Positions 38,258 through 48,559 of a DNA stretch of 48,559 nt are shown piece after piece (positions within the stretch are counted from its first letter, which is position 1; every line of letters starts with the position of its first letter). The DNA comes from Octopus bimaculoides (lineage: Eukaryota). Both the position numbers and the translations under genes were made by a program. The stretch is taken from NCBI RefSeq assembly GCF_001194135.2, contig NC_068982.1, positions 31,654,477 to 31,703,035 on the forward strand, read 5' to 3'. Under the pieces are notes generated by a model that saw only the letters and a list, made by a program, of their open reading frames with translations, searched no databases and was not told the origin of the DNA.

Positions 38258-40439
38258 TAATATATAGCTAGAGTAGATTAGCCTTATTATATAGGTGACA
38301 TTGCATCTCATACACCTGACCCTCTGAGATAACATGCCTCACTCCCTCGCATGACTCTACACTTTCAGCATTAATTATTTTGTCATTCATTGCCCGGTGC
38401 CTGATCGCTAGATCACCTTTATCATACTTCCTCTTTCTTTCTCCCCCTTCTCTCTCTCTCTCTTTCCTCTGTTTCTCCCTTCTTCAGAGGAAACGCTAAT
38501 AAAGGTAATTGTAAATCCCACACTCGTTCCATCAATTTGCCTTATTATAGCTTTCTATGACCTTTTCTCTTCACAATCTAGACTTGTTTCCAAGGATTAC
38601 TGATTACACCATATAGCACTCTGGTTTCCTTTTCGCTAAAATGATAAATTCTTGAAATAAAGAGAAAAAGATTTACGAATCAAACCAAAATACTTTTTTT
38701 TTTGACTTACTGAAATATATTGATTACAAATATTTCAAATATAATCTTTCCAATACAATTGATATGAAATATTTCCGATGCAAGTTTTTCAACCAATATA
38801 AACATCTTGTTTTTCCAATTTAAAATCTCCTACGTCATGGGAGATGCTGTTTTGAAGATGATGAATCGACAGATAAATTATCAATTAAATGTATTATTTT
38901 ACACTTCATAATTTAGAAGTAATTAAGAAAATTACTTTGACACAACATATAAATATATCTATTGGATATCAATTTCTATTTCTTATTGTGGTCACTCTTT
39001 CTATTTCACATAGGTTTTGCCACCCTAACAAAATTATATAGTTGATAACATTGCTTCAGCTAACTTATAAATGATGGCATTAAAATTTCCGGTATATTAT
39101 CACCTGTGGTCTGCGCAATACTTTCATGAAAAGTGTAAAACATTAAACGGTAGGTAGAAGATTGTTTTATTACTAAATTATCCACATTAACCTTTTACCA
39201 AAATTTCAACTCCTTCAAAAGGACGAGCTGCGGAAAAGTTGCCTGATAAACAGTGACCACAGCAGATCACAGTGTAAAAAGCAATGCAGACATTATCTTC
39301 TAATGGAATGTTTGCGTACTAGAAGTCTTTTCAGACTACATTTTAGTGGCAGATATGCCTTTAAAACAGACTTCTCATCTACAGTTAGCCAAATATGAGT
39401 TGTCCCAATGAGGTGACATATAGAATGGAACGACTCTATGGTCAGCTGAATTTCCTGTATGATTTCCGCTATTTCTGGCCAAACATTCACTGACATCTTT
39501 CAACATCTTTATTGCTCGGAGCAATCGAAATACTGTTGTAGTGTAAGTAGAGTTCTACGATTGTTCTGTGCGCTCGTGATGACATGAGCTATTATATGCC
39601 TATAATAACTTCACCCGGTCACATATCACTTTTGTTTTGTTTATTTTTTTCTAGTGTGAGGGAAACCAGATTCAAGCGACCTAAAGTAATTCAACACTTG
39701 GCCCGCCTGCCACATAACTGAAGGGTATAACCATTGAATCTTTGTGTCTTAAATTTTTCTATTGTTTAAGACTTTAGAAAAGTGAGAATAAAATGCGATG
39801 TGCTTACTTCTATAGGTTTCTCATTTCAGGTCCAGCAGTTGTCCTGAATGGTATTTCGGGGTTCTTGGTTCAACAGTGAAATGCTTCATGTTATTTGAGA
39901 AGCGGTACCCGACTGTCGTAGATTTTGAAACAAAAGTTATTCGTCTGAGATTTGCCGAGAAATATTTTTATTCCTTCTCAACCAGCGCAGTATTGCTTAC
40001 CATTTTCTAACGTTCAAGGTTTATCCATCAGTTATTACAAAATTGATGAAATCAGTGTAAGATAACACCTTCAGTTGTTAGGCTTTTCTGCTAATATTTT
40101 CAAGTCACTGTCAACCTTTGTTAAACCTTTATTTTTCTTACATTTCTATGATAGCCATTGTCGCTTAATTTTCATCACTTAGAAAGGATATTATAAGATT
40201 GACAGAAGACTGTCTTTAAGCTAGACAGAACAATTTTAATGACATAAATTCATTTTCACCAGCAGTGTTACTCAGTAGAACTATGCTTCTGAATACCTGC
40301 AAGAATCTGTTCTTGTCGCCCATGATAATCATTGCTGCCATTTGTAATTTTTTTGCTTTATTTCCATTATGTGGTCAGAAATACTTCGGGTAGATGTTGC
40401 TACCATATATATATGATTTTGATCTGTACCACAGTCCTG

Positions 40440-40545
40440 ATGATCATGATTATGATGACGACGACGACGACGACGACGACGATGAAGATGATGATGATGA
40501 CGGCAATGACGAGAATGACGACGACGATGATGATGATAACGATTT
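40440..40545. repeat. (GAT/GAC)n trinucleotide tract
   Basis: Directly visible. Confidence 0.95.
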
Positions 40546-41135
40546 TTTTGGCAGAAATCTTGTCCCCTTGGTTTTGATAGAATATATCAGAGAAACTAGG
40601 AGATCAAATTTTGTGATGTAGAATAAAACTGTTGTAGCTCCATCGTGCATATAATTTAATGACAAATAAGGCCAACAACTAAAGATTAAGGGAAAAGACA
40701 ACAACAAAAATAACATCAGCAATAATATCTAAATCCTAGTAATTGGAATTAATTTTTCTCACTATCTTTGGTCCCATTTTCTCTGAATTGATATTACAAA
40801 ACAATTTTTTAAATCAATTAAACATTCATTTTATTTCAATTCAATTTTCTTACAGTTCTATTTTTGTGCAGCTTGTTTATTAGGTGAGATAGTAGACAGC
40901 AGTGATCAATCAATATTTCTTTTTTTACTGTTACTGTGATCCAAGAAAAATGGAAACTAGCTAAAAGTTTAAAATATCAATAAATACCAATATAATCAAT
41001 GATTTGATCACTGTAAAAAATTAGAATATTTCAAAGAAATTGATATCATTCTTTTTCATTTCTTTATGTTTTTCACATAATTAAACACATTAACTCTTTC
41101 TTTCATTGTTTCTTTCTTTCTCTTTCTTTCTTTCT

Positions 41136-41184
<49 letters not shown>

Positions 41185-42454
41185 ACACACTCACGAATTT
41201 GCTTACAACTACACACACTTATATGTATGTGCGCATAAATTCATTTTTCAATGCATTTTCAAGCAATTATCAATCGTAAAGAGAAAGACTGTAATGCTTC
41301 AGTGTGATGTCAACAATCTCTTACTCGTATTGAAATGAATTTTATCATGGGAATTTTCTAGTTGTTTGTATATAAAAAAAAATATAAATACGTTTTAAGT
41401 AATTGTGTTGCTTCGTTTCTTTTACATAACTTTTCTTGACATATTATTATTTGTAGTTTTTATTCGCAAACTTTCTATATATTTTACGATATCACTATTT
41501 TAATATATTTGCTTGACTCTATGTAAATTGCCTTCTTTGTTTCTGTTCTTTTTTTTTTACTCAGAATTCATCATAGCAAAACAAGTGATGATTGGTCGAT
41601 CATTTACTTTAGTTATTTGCTTCCTTTTGTTTGAGGATCAATTTCCTTTCATAACTAGAAGCATTTCATACCACCAGTTACATAAGCATGAAACTAAGAT
41701 TGTAGCAAGATGTAATTTCTGTTATGTGAAACTTCTAGAGTTTTGTACTTTCTATCTGGTAATATTTAACGTTTACAGTGAATTTTAAAATCAGAATTCA
41801 GTCGAACAATTTGAATTCTGAAGTAAATATTATCTATAAATATGCATTTTGCCCTCAGAAAACATTTCGTCTTCTACACAATGAAGACGATAACGATAGT
41901 AATTATTGCTTTCGTTGTTAAAGTGTAGATCATGAGGATTACCCTAATCTTCATCATCTTCATCTCCTTCTTTTACTTCCCCTCTTTCTTTCTCTCTTTC
42001 ACTTCTTCCTCATTTACTTTTTCATCTTTATCCTTCATCTGCATTTCTCTTCCATATTCCGACATCTTCTGAATTTCTTTGTGCCACACTTCAAATATTG
42101 AACACAAATACCAACCAGACCATCATCCGGCTATCTAAACTAATACCTAGAGCTGTGAAATATGCTTACACAGCTGCTTAGCACTATGATAATTAGCCTA
42201 TGAAAATTTATACTATATTCAGGATTCCTCTACAGTCCATAATACATATTTGACTGGTCAGAGATTCAGTTACATTTATATACGTTAACCATATCCTCTC
42301 CAAGCACTCAAGGTTGTTTTAGTAGCCGGAAGCATTTCTCTATAATAAATAGCATATTAGATATGTTGTACTTTCGTCATGACATACACAGAAGAGAGGT
42401 TGGTTTCGTAGACATTTTACTGTCTCGGCACGATACATAAATTGTCTAAAAGTA

Positions 42455-42525
42455 CGCATTTACTATGCACTACAAAACGCATTTACTATGCACCACAAAA
42501 CGCATTTACTATGCACCACAAAACG
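42455..42525. repeat. 23-bp tandem repeat x3
   Basis: cgcatttactatgcac(c/t)acaaaa at 42455, 42478 and 42501. Confidence 0.95.
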
Positions 42526-43332
42526 AGATTATTTTTTTCTTCGATTGGAAACCTCTGTACATGATTCAGGTTCTATTCAGGCCAGGGCACATTATTCCAT
42601 CTCTTTTACGAACAGGCAAATTATAATCGAAAGAAAGTTTCAGTGAACTATTCAAACGAAATTTAAAATAAATTCTATTATGATATCATAAAACCTGTCT
42701 TGTAAAACTTAATTTTCTATTATACATTAAAAACGTTTAACGCACAAAACAAGAATGCAGTTCACTCGACAATAATATCAATGAGGTCATTTTTCTACTT
42801 CATTATAATTCCTTTGAGGTTCCCGACCCCAGACGCTTATGAGTACCACTCATCGTATATATGAAGATATCGGCGGGTGAGAAGTACCCTAATTTAGTAT
42901 TTTGCGGTTTTGGTACACGTGTCCTTGAGGTTAAATGGCTATTACCACCAATGTCAAATGAAATCTTCTTCTTACATCATAATATTCTTCATAATTGCCT
43001 TGCAGTATAATATTCTTGACAATTTAATACTGTCTATATCTTATCTCTGTTAAAGACCTCAATTTACTGAAGAAATTATGTCCAATTTGTATTATATCAA
43101 TTCTACACAGTATTTTGCGTTAACATTTGTTTAATTATTCATTTGTTTAATTAATTATAATTACCTACATAATTATAATTCTAAGCACATACATACAAAC
43201 ACACACACTCATATATATATATGTATATATGGACACATAATTAAGTGTATGTATATATACACAGACATACATATATATATATATATATATTTGCATGCAT
43301 ATATATATATATGTGTGTGTGTATAAATAGCC

Positions 43333-43371
<39 letters not shown>

Positions 43372-43730
43372 CAGATAAGCAACTGAGTTTCAACATACCT
43401 AGTAATTATGTAATACTTCATTTAATAATGTTTCAAACATATGAAACTGCTAATAATTATAATTATAACTTAAATCAATACTGCCGAATGTTAGCCACGA
43501 TTAGGAAGAGAGTTAGACGTAGTTTGACATTTACTTTATATTACCATGAGTAAGTGCGAAGTTAATCAATTATTAGTATTCACCAACAATGTAATACCTT
43601 TTCGCCAATGTTAAATTGCTAGAAAATTAGAATAGCATAGTATGAGAATAATCACACACACATACTTATGCATATAATGAGAGAACAATGCGGGTTACAT
43701 GTATCAAAATTATTAATAAATATCCTTTAC

Positions 43731-43938
43731 TACTCTAGACACAAGGCCCGAAATTTGGGGGGAGGGGGCCAGTCGATTAGATCGACTTTAGTACGCACCT
43801 GGTACTTAATTTATCGAGCCCGAAAGGATGAAAGGTAAAGTCGACCTCGGCGGAATTTGAACTCAGAACGTAAAGACAGACGAAATAACGCTAAGTATTT
43901 CGCCTGGCATGCTAACTTTTCTGCCCTCTCGCTGCCTT
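43731..43938 (-). mobile_element. SINE family A, best-preserved copy
   Basis: Minus strand: ggcagcgagagggcagaaaagttagcatgccaggcgaaatacttagcg..ctgagttcaaattccgccgaggtcgact..gggccttgtgtctagagta, with a B-box-like GTTCAAATTCC. Confidence 0.9.
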
Positions 43939-45866
43939 ATTTTAATAAATATTGAAGTGGGATATTTTGATGGTTAACTAATTAAAATACTACGTTAGAT
44001 TATGTCTTATAGTTACGTGTTCACTTGTACTTCATAATTATCCGCCATATTCCAACTTAATCTTACACTTTCTTCACGTAGCACCTTCTTTCTGAATGTG
44101 AGCGCACATCTCTGGTGTGACAACAATATTTCAAAGAAACACTTTAACAGATGGTCTCAATAATTAAAATAGACCAAAAATATTATAGCAATGTTTGTGT
44201 CATACATTTCATATGCGCATTGCCAGAGTTTGTATCTTGAACTTAATCTGAACAATACCTAATAACAACGTGGATTATTTTTAAAATTGGATAAGGCTAC
44301 TTTGGTAGATAACACGGTGACAAACAGATGACATTTATGATGAAACCATTTCTTTTGTTTCAAATCCTTGGATTTTTATCGATGGTAAATTTTTAGTTAG
44401 ACACCTAGTAGATATTTATATATGCATTTACCTCCGCTGCTTGATTGCCTGCTTCATGCTCTTGCTTGATGAGGCTGGAGTCATACAAGATCAGATGATT
44501 TTCCAAGACACATTTCCTCGAATGATTTATAGAAGTTTATATTAGGTATTCAAATGAATTTTTTTTTAAAACCTGGTTCTTTAGAAAAGCAATTCTAATG
44601 AAATAGTGTGACAATTATCGATGCAAAAGCATTTCGCAATCATTCTCTTGGTTAAAGATAGTGTGAGATAAATGGCGCTGCAAAGAACGTCATTATTGAT
44701 AGCTTAATTTTGTGTTGATGATTTCGATGACGGATTCTTATGATCCGGAAGCAATGAGGTAACCTCTTTGTTACTTCTGGCATTATAGGTGGATTTCCCT
44801 GAATCATCAGTGCAGCACTAAGAGAGGTTATTCTAGTTGCAACAATGTGAGCCTGTAGAATTTGTGAGAATACCTAAAAAACTCAACAAGCTCAGTAAAT
44901 CTAATAAAGAAAGAAATAATACATTTTTCAATCGTCGCTTTTAGTTGAAAGTGAAGTTAACTTTACTACTGAATACAGAAAATGCAGAGAAATCGACACG
45001 ATATAAAGAAACGGTGATTTATGTCTAAGAATGACTAAATTTTCCTTCTATTAGACAAACCTACGTGAAGTAGTAAGGTCCAGAATCACACTCAAGTAAG
45101 ATACAGGTGAATAAAACTTGCCTGTATGTGTGTGTAAGCGTATGTGCGCTCGCGTGTGTGTGTGTTTGTGTGCTTGTGTGCTTGTGTGCACGTGTGTGTA
45201 TGCATGTATATATATGCATGCATGTGTATATATATGAGTATGTGTGTGTGTGTTTGTGTGTTTGGGTAAACATATGTGTGTAGTGTTATGCATATATGAA
45301 GTCTTCCGCTTTTTAAGCTCGCACCCACGCACATACACACATATATATACAAATTCTGTGCACGTATGTACGTATGTAACTATGTATCAATGCATCCGTA
45401 TGCTTGTGTGTAATCATTATTGTGAACCGCATATTTTTGTGACCTCAGTATAAGATTCGTATTGTATACATGTAATGAAAGAAGTATCGTGTACAATTTT
45501 GTTAGAAAATGCTGCACATGATGTGTAGTGCTTTCACTAAATTATATAAATACATTTTTAAAACGTAATGTTTTTATTATTCTTGAATCTCCTCCGACGA
45601 GGGATTTTAAAGCAATGCGTTTAAGGTGTAAACAATTTAGGAATTAAGCAATGATTTTATCATCATTGTACATTATTTCGTGAGAAGCTATCGAAGCACT
45701 AGAACAGTACTAAAAATGTTATGCCCATACAATGATTTAAGAGAATAAATACTGTAATGATTTTCCTTTACATTGTCAATAACTATCTGAGAGTCAGAGA
45801 TTTGCTCTCACTGCTAACAAAGCAGATATCCATTATTCAGTGAACAGACTGCTTAGCCAACAAATG

Positions 45867-45973
45867 TATTTGCAGCTAAATTGAATAAGCCAATGCAAGT
45901 TAAATGTATCTATCAATGTTGAATCTTATTTACAACTAAATTGAATAAGCCAATGTAAGTTAAATGTATTTAT
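45867..45973. repeat. Direct duplication with 60-bp period
   Basis: ctaaattgaataagccaatg(c/t)aagttaaatgtat(c/t)tat at 45876 and 45936. Confidence 0.9.
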
Positions 45974-47925
45974 GAGAGTTCACTACTCTTGTTGGTGCAT
46001 GAAACATAAGCCTTCCTACTAATATGTTAGAAGTCTTTCAGGATCATGCGTCCATAAAATTACTACCTAGAGTTGCAAAGATATACAGTTTTTGAACACA
46101 AAGACAGGCTAAACACAAGCTAACATGGGTAGTTGCACAATTCACAACAATTCAATCCATGCATGTATGGAGCATCAGATGGAAAACTAAAAATAAATTG
46201 ATTTTCAAAAATTTAAGCGAATATTCAATATATCTCAACATGAGAGTTGCTATTAAAAAGTAGTATTCCTTTTAGTTATATAATGGAAATGAAGTAATCA
46301 CTAACTAAATTAAATAAAGGAATAATGAAGCATATTGAGATGCCATTCGAATGGAAGGAAATAATCCCAAGCTTGAAGAGTTGGATAACTCTTCAAGACA
46401 AAATAATCAATTGAATGAACAGTTTTGAATGGAAATTTTATCTTTAATTGAAATCTGCTTTTTCTATGAACAAAACTACGACAACAAAGAATGTGAAAAT
46501 GAAGAACAGAATGATAGCTGGCAAATGATATTTAATTTTCTGCCAGATCACTATATTAGGGGTGGGGGATTAGTAATTTGCAATTTATCTTTCATAGATT
46601 ATTATTTTGTATAGTAACCATTGAAATTCCACACAGGTTTCGCATTAAATATTTTAGCTTTATTTATCACTTTCATTTTATCGTTTCGTTTCAATATGTA
46701 ATACGTAAATGCAGAAGCTTATACAGACATATCCTTAAGTACAAATTGTTTATTGAACTAAATATGTGTAAGGATAAAATTACATACACAAGCATGGTAG
46801 TATACCTAGTCAGATTATATATTCTATTGTGCTACTTGAAATAAAATGATAAAATAGAAGTTATGTTCCAATGGTCTAGAGATATGTAGCTTGGGTAAAT
46901 TCTTAGTTGTCGATAATGCTTTGTAGACCTGGCTTCCGTAATTCTTCTTGCATTTCCCAATTTACAAAATGCATTCACCAGTACGAACTGAGAAAAGATA
47001 ATAGCTAAACAATTTCACTTATTCCCTATGTAGCATTGCATCATTGAAATTAGTCGCTTCAAGATAGCCTAGTCATTCAAATATATTACTGAACAGAATG
47101 GAAATAAAACCTGTATTAGAATATGATTTCATGATTCGTACCTTACTGATCTTTGACAATCAGATCATATTTATCGTTATTCCTTTATCTACTTTATCTA
47201 CATCATGCTATCACATGACAGTCAATTAATTTGACGTGTTTATACTGCCGATGTGATTGAAAACTTCAAAATAATATGCACACAAGAGAAATATTTTGCG
47301 GAAACGTTGCTGAAATGATTACACTGAAACGGGATCAAAGTACTACATTTAAGAGGAATTCTACACTAGTTTCTCTGGTGTATAAGTTTTACTATTCGCT
47401 TCTTAATATATTCGGGAAGGATTTGGATATCTACGTATTGACAGAAGAAAATGAAAAAAAATAACGGAAAAGAAAAACCTTCTTGTAATTTGTAGTAATC
47501 GTTAAGGTGTTGTTGAATGCAGGACGTTGTTATTAGAAGCATATCTCCTGTTTAACTTTTGGTAAAGAAACTGAGGGTGAATGATGAATTGCTAATTACC
47601 TGGTCAAGTCTTTATACATGTTCCGGGCATATATTTTTCAGTGAGTACTGCTGATAGTCTGCTTTCACACTAATGTACTCTTGTTTTTCATTAGATTGGC
47701 AGTTCACTCTATTACTGACAGGTGTGGTTGATAACAAGGTATAAAAATGAAAATGACCTTTTCCAGAAGCATTTTGTGTTTAGATCGCGAATATAACATC
47801 CGTTTCTTTTTGCGATCCTCCAGCTTCTCGTAAATTACCATCTTACATCAAATATACTGATGCGAACTGGATTGAGCCGACACTGACAACTCTAAAAGTT
47901 ATGGAGGAATTTGGATATAATTTTA

Positions 47926-48310
47926 ATGCTTGATGATCTAGTTCGTGATCTAACACCAACTAAGCCACAGAGTGAAGTCCTGGCCTCACGGCTGCAATAA
48001 TGGAACCTGTTGGTTAAAGATGCTCGAATTACAGTATGTAGGAAGCGTTCTGCAGATCTACAGCAATTCTTCACTTTGGAAAACAACTTGACTTATTTTA
48101 ATGATATCAGAGATCTATTCAATGCTCTTGACCTGGCCTATGAGCCAAAAGAGTGGAGGTAGGTTATTCATAGATGCATCCCATTGCAGCATAATACGGT
48201 TCTGTTGCACAGTGGGAACACCATTGGACTGAAGCATCATTTACGAATCGTAACCGTTCAATGATATATAAAATTATATAAATCTGGAACTTGAGACAAC
48301 CCGGATGTAA
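47926..48310 (+). pseudogene. Chapaev3-like DNA transposase fragment
   Basis: LDDLVRDLTPTKPQSEVLASRLQ*WNLL..FNDIRDLFNALDLAYEPKEWR/LFIDAS..VLLHSGN matches the recalled motif LNDLVRDL.LSK..SELLASRL..WNLL..EWRLFIDSS..SLKAVLLHNGN. The transposase call is firm; the family label is from memory. Confidence 0.7.
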
Positions 48311-48338
48311 TGATTGAAAGCAAATATAATATAATAAT

Positions 48339-48417
48339 TCGAACTCGGAATCTTGGGGTTAGTAGCCCGCACTCTTAACCAATACGACATATGCCTGTGG
48401 GCACATGGCGTAGTGGT
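48339..48417. mobile_element. Head-to-head tRNA-derived heads (minus copy complete, plus copy truncated)
   Basis: 48378-48395 and 48400-48417 are inverted repeats (15/18) around tgtg; the minus copy matches the 27025-27089 head. Confidence 0.7.
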
Positions 48418-48528
48418 CTTTGATGTGCATATATAATTACATATTATTTGCAGTATGTATATATGAGTATAAAAGTGTATATATATATTTTACGTATGGG
48501 TGTACTGGTGTATTATTTGTATATATAC

Positions 48529-48559
<31 letters not shown>

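Noticed and set aside
40332-40722. Poly-Asp, poly-Thr/Met and poly-Ser ORFs
   Set aside because: Frames of a (GAY)n microsatellite with non-coding-looking flanks.
41965-42110. Minus-strand E/K-rich frame (FEVWHKEIQKMSEYGREMQMKDKDEK..)
   Set aside because: Derived from a purine-rich low-complexity tract; upstream in-frame stop and no usable acceptor.

Overview
Eukaryotic, strongly AT-rich, repeat-dense scaffold with many N gaps (largest 11110-12046). The SINE families and abundant (TA)n/(CA)n/(GATA)n tracts point to a cephalopod, most likely an octopus (inference from recalled repeat sequences, not checked). No intact host gene can be supported; only isolated splice-site-bounded exon candidates were seen. 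The window is a transposon graveyard: three Penelope-like element (PLE) relics, two RTE-type LINE 3' fragments, a complete Tc1 (DD34E) element with an ORF1-only 'half-LINE' nested in it, an adjacent DD37D mariner-like element, a mariner 3' end, a pogo/Tigger-like MITE, a Helitron relic (5' end, minisatellite, Pif1-like helicase fragment), a Chapaev3-like transposase fragment and over a dozen tRNA-derived SINE copies or fragments. The most unusual structures are (i) several small (TA)n-flanked fold-back elements carrying degenerate hammerhead-ribozyme-like cores, one with interleaved A-B-A'-B' inverted repeats, and (ii) the ORF1-only retroelement. All family assignments come from manual translation and motif recognition; no database search was run. 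Element boundaries are approximate unless termini are quoted.
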